64,000 bases of DNA, from contig NC_086097.1 in NCBI RefSeq assembly GCF_963921235.1, positions 160,644,001-160,708,000 on the forward strand. Direction: 5' to 3'. This document shows positions 12,195 to 24,386 of the stretch, piece by piece (within the stretch, counting starts at the first letter, position 1; the number at the start of each line of letters is the position of its first letter). A program made the translations under genes and the position numbers. Source of the DNA: Mobula hypostoma (lineage: Eukaryota). A model generated the notes under the pieces. That model ran no database searches, was not told where the DNA came from, and worked only from the letters and a program-made list of their open reading frames with translations.

Positions 12195-13270
12195 TAGATT
12201 AATGTGCCATGGAACCAGGCACTTCAGCCTAATTCATCCATGCCAACTAAGATGCCAATCCAAGTGAGTCCCGTTTGTTCATGTTTGGCCCACATCCCTC
12301 CAAAGCCTCTACTACCATGTACCTGTCCAAGTGCCTTTTTAGCGTGGTTATTGTTGTAGTACCTGCATCAACCGCTTGTTCCATATGTGCACTACCTTTA
12401 TACAAACAGGTTGCTCCTAAGTTCCCTTTTGAATCTTTCTTCTCTAACCTTATAACTAAGCCCCCATGCTTTTTTTTAAGATTATGAGGACACGCAGTCC
12501 TCTTTTATTGTCATTTAGTAATGCATGCATTAAGAAATGATACAATATTCCTCTGATGTGATATCACGGAAACACAGGACAGACCAAGACTGAAAAACTA
12601 ACAAAAACCACATAATTATAACATATAGTTACAACAGTGCAACAATACCATAACTTGATGAAGAACAGGTCATGGCACAGTAATAAAAAAAGTTCAAAGT
12701 CTCTCGGAAGTCCCACATCTCATGCAGACGGGAGAAGGAAGAAAACTCTCCCTGCCGTGCCTGACCACAGTCCGACTTTGAGTCGTCCGAAAACTTCGAG
12801 CTCTGATCAGCCCTCCAACACCAAGTACCGAGCACCATCTCTGCCGAACGCTTCGACCTCAGCCTCAGTCGCCAGCAGCACGCAAAGCCGGGGATTATGG
12901 GGCCTTCCCTCCAGAGATTCTCAATCGCACAGTAACAGCGGCAGCGAACCGGGCATTTCAGAAATTTCTCCAGATGTTCCTCTGCTTCTCACGTCTGTCT
13001 CCATCAAATCAGAATTGTGCACGGCATCCTACTTAACAAATACGATATCATTTCGCTGGAGAGCTATGCGCGCTGCGCCACCAGCTTCTAATCCTATTTC
13101 TGGGGAAAAAGACTGGACCTTCACCTTACCTTCATGATTTTATACACCTTTTTAAGTTCTTTCCTCAATCTCCAATGCTCCAAGGGGAAAAACAAGTCCT
13201 AGCCTTCCTAACCTCTCCCTTATAACTCTGATGCTCAAGTACTAGCAATATTCTCATAAATCTTTGCACT
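12195..13270 (-). mobile_element. Old CR1 3' fragment split by a younger insertion
   Basis: Degenerate similarity to 52651-53100 on both sides of 12471-13078. Confidence 0.6.
12471..13078 (-). mobile_element. Young non-autonomous retroelement (probably Rex1/Babar-derived)
   Basis: CpG-rich 5' end starting TGGCGC; 3' end with AAATGACAATAAA resembling the Rex1 tails at 31.2 and 45.97 kb; interrupts CR1. Confidence 0.55.
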
Positions 13271-15589
13271 CCTTCGGTCTTGATGTGCAAGATTAATATT
13301 TGATTTAATTGACATGAAGAGTTTTCATTTTAAGATGCCTTTTAACTAGTGGGAAGTAAATACGTTGCCACGTATTAATGAATACATTTAATTTGCAAAT
13401 TATTGAACACTGCATAATGTACTGCCTGAAAATATGCTAACTCCACTGATTTGTTAGCTACATAAGGCAGTGAGCAACTGAGACAACTTGACCACAATTG
13501 TCCACCTTTCAACAAAAGTCTACCCTGTATTAGCTTATGAACAGGAGGAATGAATACAAGCAGCAACACAGAAGATAAATGGGATAGAAGAAAGAAGCAT
13601 CTTACATTGTACAAGAGAGCATAGATGTGCTATATCATCACTATTCAAGGCAGTCTCACAATAATACTTAGTAGGTCTTATTGAAACTGGAATATTTTAA
13701 TTGGTATGTAGGAAATTTAAAGGGAATGTAAAGATCAGAACAGAACATACAAATTACAACTGTGGTCAAAATATTGCCTGCATGCTGACATCTAAATAAT
13801 TTTCCTGCTAATTAAATTGCACTTCAACAAAAATTGAATAGCATTTGAAATATATTGTTCTTTGATCATAATTGACTATCACAGATTGCATCACTCAACC
13901 AGATTTCACTCTGCTGCACATAACGCTAAATGAAAAATAGTGTTGGGGCACATAGATACAAAAGAAATTCATTAAGATAAAAGTTTATGCTCAGATTACA
14001 AAAACTACAGCATTTGTAAAGCCTTCACACACTATAGCTATTCACACTCACTCATTCAATGAGTACAATCCCAGACCAAAGTACTTCAATTTATTCTACT
14101 GCTTCCTTTATAGTTTAAGTGTTATTTATTCCAATTTTTGAAGAATATGCAAGGCAATTACAACCCCATTACCAATATGACAGTATAGATAGATGGTTCC
14201 TACAACTGGTTCTATTCTTTGTGCATATTTTTGAAATGTAGAGTTGTGGGCAGGGAAGTGCTCTCCCAGAGAACAGTCTGTATCACTACAACTAGTTCTA
14301 TAGCAAAGGCCTTACTACTACAGATGGGATATTGTCTAGAAGCATAATTCTTGATTTGTGTATCAAGTGCCCTATGATAAGGAAATTGCTATGGAGTGAA
14401 TAACGTTGGCTACAGATTAGTCTGTGGTGGTGGTAGTATGGATCACAGAAGAAAGCCAAGACTGATCTATTTGGCATTTTTAGTTTAATATGGCTGGGAA
14501 TTTTTCAGCATCATTTTGTGTGCTAGATCCTGCCATTGCTCACCATCATTCAGCGATTATGTTCGGCAGTTGCTTACTTGCTACTATCAAACATTCCAAG
14601 ATTGACAAATACTCAACCTCCATAATGTACCTTATTTCAATCTCAAAATCATACCATCTTCTACAGGATGGTGTAATTACATACTTGATCATCAATTCCA
14701 TCGTGCTAGTTATTCCATATTTCCAAAGCATTTTATGTAGTTTATTTTGGTGAGACCCCATAAGGACAAAATGGAGCTCTCTAATTAGTCAATGGTAGTA
14801 CATAATTTTGTCAATCTTTCTTCTTGACCTTGAAGACATTGAGTACCAACTTCACAACATGCAACATTAGTCAATCTTTATTCCCATGATACTAGTATAA
14901 TTAGAACCAATGTTCCTGAAATAAAATCAGCTAGCTATACACCACCAATCCATATTTTGCAAGGCAGGCTTTAAAGATGTTTGGGCACTCCATATTGCTC
15001 TGAGTACTTTAAATGGAAATGTAATTGATACATCTTTCACTCTACAGAAACATTTTACCTTGTTCACGGCTTGTCATTCACTTACTTTCTTCTGGCAGTT
15101 ATTAAATAAAATTTAACTACTAGTATCTTTTCCCCACATAAATTAGAGACTTCTTAATCTTCATGCTTTGGTTTTTAAAAAAAAAAGCAAAAATTACTTT
15201 GGATGCAAATTTATAGCCCACAAATACATTTATTTCTCTGAATAATTTTGGAGGATTTATACCAAGTACAATGACGATATAGCACATTACTGAACCTGGA
15301 CTGACTATCCAGAGACCCAAGTTCAATCTCATCGTGACAGTAAAGGAACTCGTATTTGGTTAATACTGACAAGTTAAAGAAATATTTATTACATGAGAAG
15401 GAGAAGTGGCAGTAGGACATTTAACCCTTCAAGCTCTGGCATCACATTGTCTATGATCATTTTTACCTTGCATCCCTTACCTGCTTCAGTTAGGCTGACC
15501 CAAAATGAACAGAATGTCTCAAAGACCCATAACATTTTAATGCCAGGAAGGTAGTTCTGCCATCCTTACTTGTCTGGTTTATAAAGATA

Positions 15590-15910
15590 AAGTTGAGATT
15601 AGCTTTATTTGTCAGAAGTACAACAAAACATACAGTGAAATGTTTCATTCACATCAAAGACCAACAAAGCAAAAGGATGTACTGGGGGGCAGCCCACAAG
15701 TGTCGCCACGCTTCCAGCGCCACCATACTGTAGCATGCCCACAACTTACTAATCCTAACCAGTAGGCCTTTTGGAATGTGGGAGGAAACTAGAGCACCCA
15801 GAGGAAATCTATGCAGTCTCCTTACAGACGGTGTTGGGCACTGAACCCTAATCTTCTGATCACTGCTGCTGTAAAGCGTTACACTGCTGTGCTACCATGC
15901 TACCTTGTGC
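15590..15910 (-). mobile_element. tRNA-derived SINE
   Basis: Minus strand reads GGTAGCACAGCAG...GGTTCAGTGCC (A/B-box-like head), similar to the 59.5 kb copy, with a LINE-like tail. Confidence 0.55.
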
Positions 15911-16261
15911 TCCCTCGTGCCACTCCGGACCTATTGTTGCAGTCTGAAATGTCGAAGTAGGGGCAATTAGGCATTCACAAAGAATGCTTGGTTTAATTCC
16001 AATGCCTAGATGAAAAATAATGTTAACAACACGATACACTATTTGAAAACTACAAAAAAAAACTTGTAAGGTGTCAGGATCCCTCTAAAGAGTGACTTCT
16101 ATTTTTATATTGGCAAAAAATGCCAGTTTGTACTAGATATAGAGAGAATCCAATGAAAGAGGAGACAAATAATGCTGATAATCTGCTCAATGGTACAAGT
16201 GTATGTGAAACCCTCTTCTTTTTTTTAAAAGGACACTGTTTTATCGGTTCACTGTGGAAGA

Positions 16262-18182
16262 CACTAGCAGTATTGCAGGAGAATTACTAGCATGGATCGA
16301 GCAAATTGGCTGATTGGTAGGAGGCAGCGAGTGGGAATAAAAGGATCCTCTTCTGGTTGGCTGCCAGTGACTAGTGGTGTGCCACAGGGGTCAGTGTTGG
16401 GACCACTTCTTTTTATGCTGTATATCAATGATTTAGATGATGGAATACATGGCTTTGTTGCCAAGTTTGTGGATGATACAAAGATTGGTGAAGGGGGAGG
16501 TAGTGTTGAGGAAATGGGTAGGATGCAGAAGGATTTAGACAGATTAGGAGAATGGGCAAGAAAGGAAATACAATGTTGGAAAAGATAGATAGATAGATAT
16601 ACTTTATTAATCCCGAGGGAAATTTGGTTTCGTTACAGCCGCACCAACCAAGAATAAAGCGTAAATATAGCAATACAAAAAACCCCAACAATCAAACAAC
16701 AAAATGCAAACTATGCCACATGGAAAATAAGTCCAGGACCAGTCTATTGGCTCAGGGTGTCTGACCCTCCACGGGAGGAGCTGCACGTTCGATGGCCACA
16801 GGCAGGAACGTCCTCCCGTGCCGCCAGTGTTGTATCACGGTGGAATGTGGCCGAACTCCAACAGTAAAAAGTTCAGTATCCAGTCTGCAAACACACTCCT
16901 CGATTGTAATATACTCCAGATTGCACTATCCGTTGTTAACTGGATCAGTAAGCACGAAACTCCTTTACGCTTGCCGCTCTCGGTGCACTTCCGGTCAGCC
17001 GGAATGGTATTACCCACCGAACTTCTCTTATCCAAAAGTCTCTGTTGTCTCGACCCGGTCCTCTTTCCTCGGGTTTGTGATCCCCCTCTGTGAGTTTTCC
17101 TCCGGATTTCAGCAGGGGTGTCCACCGCTCTGTTAGCTAAGCCGGCTGGGATTTGCTGGTCCGTGAAATACACAATGTGACCTTGCTTCAGTCCTGCGTG
17201 TCGGGATGTAACCATTTCCAGCGCTAAAGAAAACCCAAATAAAACTCTCTCTACCAGCATGTTAGTGAGGGTGCAGCTTCGACGTGTTACCGTGAGAAAA
17301 AAAATACAAAAATAACATAAGTTTAAAAAGTAGGAAGAAGAAAGTAAAAGAATAGTTTGGAACGGCTGTACCAGGCTGCATGCACGACCGGCGCATGGTC
17401 ATGCATTTTGGTAGTAGAAATAAATGGGGAGAAAATCCAAAAATCTGAGGTGCAAAGGGACTTGGGAGTCCTTGTGCAGAACACCCTAAAGGTTAACTTG
17501 CAGGTGGAGTCGGTGGTGAGCAAGGCAAATGCCATGTTAGCATTCATTTCAGGAGATCTAGAATACAAGAGCAAGGATGTGATGCTGAGGCTTTACAAGG
17601 CACTGGTGAGGCCTCACCTTGAGTATTGTGAACAGTTTTGGGCCCCTCACTTTAGAGAACATGTACTGGCATTAGAAAGGGTCCAGAGAAGGTTTACAAG
17701 GATGATTCCAGGAATGAGAGGGTTATCATATGAGAAACGTGTGATGGCTCGGGGTCTGTACTCACTGGAATTCAGAAGGATGAGGGGGGATCTCATTGAA
17801 ACCTTTCGAATGTTGAAAGGCCTAGACAGAGTAGTTGTGGAAAGGATGTTTCTCATAGTGCGAGAGTCTAGGACAAGAGAGCACAGCCTCAGGATAGAGC
17901 GATACCCTTTCAAAATAGATGTGGAAAGATTTCTTTAGCCAAAGGGTGGTGAATTTGTGGAATTTGTTGCCACATGCATCTGTGGAGGCTAGGTCATTGG
18001 GCGTATTTAAGGCAGTGATTGATATGTTCTTGATTGGACATGGCATCAAAGGTTATGGGGAGAAGGCCAAAAACTGGGTTTGAGGAGGAGAAAAAAAGAA
18101 AGGGTCAGCCATGTTTGAATGGCGGAGCAGACTTAATGGATCAGATGACCTAATTCTGCTCCTATGTCTTATGGTCTTATGG
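16262..18182 (+). mobile_element. CR1 LINE RT and 3' end, interrupted at 16584-17393
   Basis: SGVPQGSVLGPLLF, FVDDTK and LYKALVRPHLEYC; tail CTATGTCTTATGGTCTTATGG. Confidence 0.92.
16584..17393 (-). mobile_element. Young non-autonomous retroelement with (TATC)n tail
   Basis: CpG-rich; minus-strand 3' end AATAAAGTATATCTATCTATCTATC. The CR1 sequence is continuous across it. Confidence 0.65.
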
Positions 18183-20121
18183 GATATAGAGTTACAGAAG
18201 TCCATCATCTGGAGTGATGGAATTTCTCCTCATTTCAGTGCAGTTCTATTCTGCTTTCCCAAAAAAGGATGCACTCACTGTGTGGTAGAAGGATAAAGAA
18301 TAATGTTTCCATGAAAGGTAGATTTTGCCACAAAGAAAGAATGAGTACTTCACAGTTGAGAAGAATAAGAGAAGTGTTGAAAGATACAAGCATTTTTAAT
18401 AAAAGGGCAAGATCTTGTGTTAGATAAAAGGATGATATTTCTCTAGATCGAGGAGTCTAAGGCCAGGAACACAACTGGAGGAAATTGATCAGCTGTTTAA
18501 GATTGAGGTGAACAGAGATCTTTTCATTGAGTGTGTTGAACCATAGGAATTATCACTGTGGACAAGGTATTTTAGAATTCCTTTCAGTCTACCCTGTCTT
18601 GCTCAATTCTAAACTCAGCCTCTCTCTTTATACATGTTAGCTTGTCTTTTCTCATGATGAATTTGTTTCCTTAGTAATATCTCTGCAATGATCCTCAAGT
18701 ATCTTTTCATATTCCTTTAATGAGGTGACCAAAAATGTGTGTATTACCATGTTGTATCCTAATTTAGATATGATAGTGCCAGAATCAAATGCTCTTTTTG
18801 AGAAAGTCGAAGAAAAGGGAGAGTGCATTTTTCTAACTCAGTGGTTCTCATATCACCTGCCTTTGCATCAGTGGGCGTTTCTAAGAGGGTGATAAAGATA
18901 AAGGGGTGCTTGGGTATGCTCAGTAGTAAGGGCGGGGGCAACAGAGAGATCACAGGTTTAATATAAGAAATGAATTACTTATAGTACTCCTCTGATCCTC
19001 AGTGCCTCATAATCAATTACAATGATCACTAAATCACATCATCTTTTGCTAATCCACTGTGTTCTTAGACTTACTAGAAGCAAGGTACAGTTGTTGGAAA
19101 GTAATGTTACACTTCTGTATTTGGCATATGATGAGAAATCTGATCTGAAGAAATATTTATTTCCAGGCCCTACCCATACATGATTACTGTTGACTAATGT
19201 AGTACAGTTAGCTAGTACAATTACCATACTCTAATCACATAGTGGTGCAATTGATGTGAATTAGTGTATGGAATTCAATAGGGTAAAGCTTAGAATCTGC
19301 ACTTTCAAATGGTCTTGACTGCATTTCTGTAGCCCATGGCCCAACTACGATATTGCTGCTGCATTTTGTGTACCTTCAAGCAGAGAGCTAGGTTTTTCCT
19401 GAGCTATGATGACATCATAACTTTCCCCTTTATTGATTGCAGCGGTTGAGGTTAGATTTAAGGATTAGGCATTTGACTGTAATTATTAATCCAGAACAAA
19501 ATTAGCAGAGGCACGCCAACTGTGAAGTAAGTGAAGACTGTATAGTGTGGAGTATCTGAAATAATGGATTTATACCAGCACCAAATTAAACTTTACGCAA
19601 TGAACGACTGCGAGTGGAAGCTGAGCATTGGTTTTGTTTCAATCGGTTACCAGCTGAAACTCTCCAATGTTAACTACAGCTGTTTTAAGTGTTGTGGGCA
19701 TCAGTAATGAGAGCGAATAAGGAGACAGAATCAACAAACAGGCCTTCAATGATTTGATTTTAGATTAGATTTCAACAAAAGATTTTTTTGGTGGGCTTTC
19801 TCAAATTTCAATGTATTTAGGGGAGTGGACTTATTTTCCATCATTGTGGTCTGCTAATTATGAATAAGGCAACTCTACATCATTTCTTCTCACCAGTAAG
19901 ATTAAGTACTATTGCACAAATCATAGGCATTCCCCGAGAAGGTACAAGAAGGGTGAGTACAGAAGGATTTCTTGTTCCCTGTGAAGCAGTTGCTGAGATT
20001 AGAAATGTCTGGACAAGGAAAAGGTGAAACCACAACACTCTGTCCAATGCTACATCTCACTCATCACAGGTTGGACTGCAGTTTTTGGTAGGCTGTGTAA
20101 AACAAAACCATGATGGTTTGA

Positions 20122-20466
20122 TCGCAAACAAGAGGAAATCTGCAAATGCTAGAAATCTGAGCAACACACAAGATGCTGGAGGAACTCAGCAGGCCCAGCA
20201 GCATCTAGGAAAAGTAGCAGCAGGGATCACAGAGGGGGAGCACTGAGAGGGTTTCACTGAACTCCCATCGAAGGGAAGATTTAAACTACCCTGAAGAAGT
20301 TTAAATCTTCCTTTCAGGATTTCAGTGAAATCCTCTCTCACTGCTCCCCCTCTGTGATCCCTGCTGCCTGTCCTGCCAAATGGTTTCAGCATGAAAAGTC
20401 GACTGTACCCTTTTCCTAGATGCTGCCCAGTCTCCTGAGTCCCTCGAGCATTTTGTGTTGTTACAG
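20122..20466. repeat. Fold-back insertion: inverted Penelope pseudo-LTR pieces around a 150-nt palindrome
   Basis: 20217-20242 is the exact reverse complement of 20342-20367. Outer arms 20163-20214 and 20410-20462. TSD TGATGGTTTGA at 20111-20121 and 20467-20477. Confidence 0.85.
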
Positions 20467-21714
20467 TGATGGTTTGAGTGCTTCATCCAACATTTCATTG
20501 CTAAATTTGGAAAGCCCCATACAATTGGAGAACAACTGATTCTGCCAGCAGTAAGGGAGGTTTTGTGTATAGTTTTGCCTAAATCACCAGACCAAATTAA
20601 AGCAATTCTGCTCAGTGACAACTCTGATGAAACACAAATTAATGAAATGTCTGAGAATGTCAATGATACATTGTATTACTTGGGACACTAGAACTTGCTC
20701 TGCAGTTGGATTAGTCAACATTACCAGGCAACAAATCTTTGCTTGGTTATGTTCGATTCATAAAAGAGAAAGCATGATTCAAGTGTTTTTATTTGCATAA
20801 AGACTAGAAACCAATACAAATGGAGAGCCAATACTTCGTGTTGAGCGAGTTATTTTTTTTCCCACCTCCCTTGCCCCCCCCCCCAAAAGAGATGCACATT
20901 CCACTCACCAACATCTTTTGTGCTACAGATAGTGCACCATCAATGACAGGACACCTTTGTGGGGTTATTACTTTCTCGAAAAAAGCTGTACCTAATTTAC
21001 TGTGTAATTCACAGGTAACATTTTGTTGCAAATAACCTAAGTGATCAGCTGCACAAATCACTCTCAAGAGCTGTGAAGAGCTGTGTTTAGAGAATGTTGA
21101 ACAGTTTGTATTCTTGTTGCCCACAGAAGTGAGAAGACTCTCAAATGGAAACTGCCCAAGATGCTTTTGTGTGCAATTTTGAAACTGTGATAAAATCCTT
21201 TGAAGACTCGAATGCTTCATTCGGTAATCCAGTCAAGAATATTAGGCATGACATTCCTTATTTGTCAGAATTATTCACAAAGTTTAATGAAATCAGTCCT
21301 CAATTGCAAGGAAATAATGTGAATCTTATCAAAGTCAAATTAGCCGTCTCCAGCTTTCTGTTCAAGTTAAACCTATTTAAGTGCAACATTGGTCATCACA
21401 ATTTTTTTTCTTGAGTTGGAAAAGAAGGACCAGATAATGAACTTCATGTACGTTGTTCCCACTTGGTTGAGGTGCATAAAGACACATCAGAGATTAGAGA
21501 AACTTCTCATAATCCAAATTCCAGATTGGGTAATAAATCCATTCCTGAACACTTTTAATGATGAAGGATGGAGGAAGAGCTGATCTCGCTACAAAATGAC
21601 TTTGAGTTGAAGCTGAGGTTGAAAAAATTCTTATCAAAGACTTTTGGTTGCACTCTCTCGATTATGAGGGAGAGTTTGCTGTTGATTCTCAAGTCAGGGA
21701 ACTCAAAATAAAAA

Positions 21715-22156
21715 CATTGAACATTGACTTCTCTAACTTCCACTAATGCCCCACCTCCCCCTCGTACCCAATTCGTTATTTATTTATATACACACATTCT
21801 TTCTCTCTCTCTCTCTCTCCTTTTTCTCCCTCTGGCCCTCTGACTAGACCCCTTGCCCATCCTCTGGGCTTTCCCCCCCCCCCGCCTCCCCCTTTTCCTT
21901 CTCCCTGGGCCTCCAGTCCCATGATCCTCTCATATCTCTTTTGCCAATCACCTGTCCAGCTCTTGGGTCCATCCCTCCCATTCCTGTCTTCTCCTATCAT
22001 TTTGGATCTCCCCCTCCCCCTCCCACTTTCAAATCTCTTACTAGCTCTTCCTTCAGTTAGTCCTGACAAAGGGACTCGGCCCGAAACGTCGACTGTACCT
22101 CTTCCTAGAGATGCTGCCTGGCCTGCTGCGTTCACCAGCAACTTTGATGTGTGTTG
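21715..22156 (+). mobile_element. Penelope-like element 3' end with pseudo-LTR
   Basis: Homologous to 55720-56135. TSD CTCAAAATAAAAA at 21702-21714 and 22157-22169. Confidence 0.85.
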
Positions 22157-22169
22157 CTCAAAATAAAAA

Positions 22170-22590
22170 GCAGTGCTTTAGAGTCTAAAGTTTAGACTGT
22201 CTGTTAACATGGAAACAGCAACTGTCATCTCCCCTCTCACTGTGGAAAGATGAATATCTCTCTCCCCTGTTATTGAGAGAGAGTGCCAATGGGATGTCGA
22301 AAATGTTGGAAGAGAACAGCTAGTTTTTTATGTACTATAGGCCATGGTCTCTCTTTGGGGGCTTTGCTGGTGGTGGCATGGTGGGTGGTGGGGATGCTGA
22401 TGCTTTCTGTTGGAATAAGTGGAGGGGGGAAGGTTGATGCAGCTTGTGCATGGGAGGGGAGCAGAGGGTTTTGGATTCTTGCGTTTTTCTGTCATTCATT
22501 CTTCGGGGTTTTTCTGTTTCGAGGATGTTTGCGGAGAGTATGAATTTTAGATTGTATATGTTCTCTGATATTATATGGAACCATTGAAAT
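22170..22590 (+). mobile_element. Non-autonomous retroelement 3' part
   Basis: Clear similarity to 48030-48412. Confidence 0.6.
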
Positions 22591-23249
22591 CTCTTAATGC
22601 TATCATGCACGGTGGGGGGAGAAAAGGTCAAAGTGTACTTTATTGCCTTTCCAACATCATATTTAGCAGTGTGCGGCTTCAGTGCAGTTGCTCACCTTCT
22701 TTCAAAGCAATGAAATAGACAGCAAATTACTGATACGGCGATCTGAGCATCCTTAGTGACATTCAGCCTGACGTTGAGAAGCTAATATCACTGTACCAAG
22801 CACATCCATCTCATTGAGTGGTGAAAAAGCAATGAAGTAGTGAACAGTTGGACTACTAATATACACTGTAAAATTGGTGCTGAAAATTTTGTACTGTAAT
22901 TAGAGGATCTTATTTGTAGTTTTTAAGTTGATTTGAATAATTTTTGCAATTATTTATCACTGCTTTGAATTTGCAGTTCCTATTTTCTTTCGGTGTACAT
23001 CATAAATGAAAATTCTTCATAGTTTTTATGTGGGGGAGTGGGGTGCTGGGGATACAATCTTGGAGCTAAAGGGGTGGTAATCCAAAAATGTTTGGGAAGC
23101 AATAGTATAAATAAACTGAAAAGATGAAATGACAGATTTATCATCGAGAAATGATTCAAAAGGCTTGAAGTAAAACTGAGCTATTCTCAAATTGAGTAAG
23201 AGTGCAATGAAAATCTAAGCTCCTTGGAGGAGAAATGAAAAATCTGAAT

Positions 23250-24130
23250 TAAAAAAAAATAAAACAAAATATAATTGGCAGACAGCTAAGTAAGCAAGTG
23301 AAGTAACTATAGGTGAGATGGTTATAGATACTAAATTATTGAGGGGGTGAGTTTACTGAGTATGTGAGAGACATTTTTCTAAAATCTGCATTAAGGAGCC
23401 GAGAGGCAGTGGGCTTCATTTATTGTTACAGACTGAGGAAGCGTTAATTAATCTAGTAGTATGGACTTCTAGTAGTGGACTCAAATAGCCTCTGACAACC
23501 AAGTCCAACTCCTGGCCTTCTCGTGTGGCTTAGCTTCTAAGCACGGCAGAACTGTTTCTACTGACAGGAGAAGGGGCGAAGGCAGGTCCTGCTGCCTTAA
23601 AACCAGTGCTTCGGGTAGATGGAGCTCATCAGCCTGAGAAGGCAGTCCATCTAAGAGAGGGAAAACTCTGATTTCAAACCTCCGCTGCCTTGCGGCCATA
23701 CCCACTCATGGGAATGGCTTTGGGAGTAAACCCTGAGGACAAATCCAGAGCTGGAGTCCCTAAGACAGTCTGATGTTGCCTTCAACCTCGTTCTGGCAAC
23801 TCCTGCGACCCTTGCCCTTCCCTTGGACAACATCAGTGTTGTGGAGAGGGGTGACTTGCTGCATGGGCAACTCCCGGTCTTCCATAAAACCTTGCCTAGG
23901 CCTGCGCCCTGGAAACCTTCCAGGCGCAGATCCATGGTCTTACCAGACTAATGGATGCCACCACCATGGGACCTTAAAGCACTGTAACCATAGTATGACT
24001 GAATCTTGCAAAAGAGGTTGTAAGTAATTTAGTTCCATCTGAAACCAGAATCTTAAATATGAATTGAGTAAGCTATAAGCCAGAAGTTGTGAAAATTTTA
24101 AAAAATACTAATGCCAGCGATCTAAAATTA
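23250..24130 (+). mobile_element. Highly decayed CR1 endonuclease-region fragment
   Basis: Degenerate EFTEYVRD...LINLVV and NHSMTE blocks on either side of an insertion. Confidence 0.45.
23480..23966 (+). mobile_element. RTE-like short non-autonomous retroelement
   Basis: GC-rich insert in old CR1. Contains AGAGAGGGAAAACTCTGATTTCAAACC, resembling RTE-type 5' UTRs (recalled, not searched); ends in a (CCA)n tail. Confidence 0.5.
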
Positions 24131-24386
24131 AACTGCTAGAAATCTCAGCGGGTTAAGACACATCTGGGGGAAGAGAAATGGCTAATGTTTCAGATTAAAG
24201 ACACTTCAGACTGGGAAGGAGACATTTGTAGGGTGGATGACAGGGTTTGGAAGTTCTTGCTCTAACCTATGAATCCATGGCTTCCTGTATTATTACAGTG
24301 AGGTAACCAAAACTGGCTTGAGAAATAACATTTTATCTTCTGCCTTTGCATGTTGTAGCCTTCCAGACTTAATATTGAATTTTACA

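Larger units (their letters stand above)
19500..23106 (+). mobile_element. Fragmented hAT (Buster/Charlie; SCAND3/FAM200-like) DNA transposon
   Basis: Translates YSVEYLK, FIAKFGKPHTIGEQLILPAVREVL, ATDSAPSMTG, FIAFPTSYL and DVEKLISLYQAHPSH*. TIR-like end near 23090-23106. Several nested insertions. Confidence 0.8.

Noticed and set aside
17357..17938. Long ORFs here and at 27195-27947 and 52718-53350 as host genes
   Set aside because: All are pieces of disrupted CR1 ORF2.
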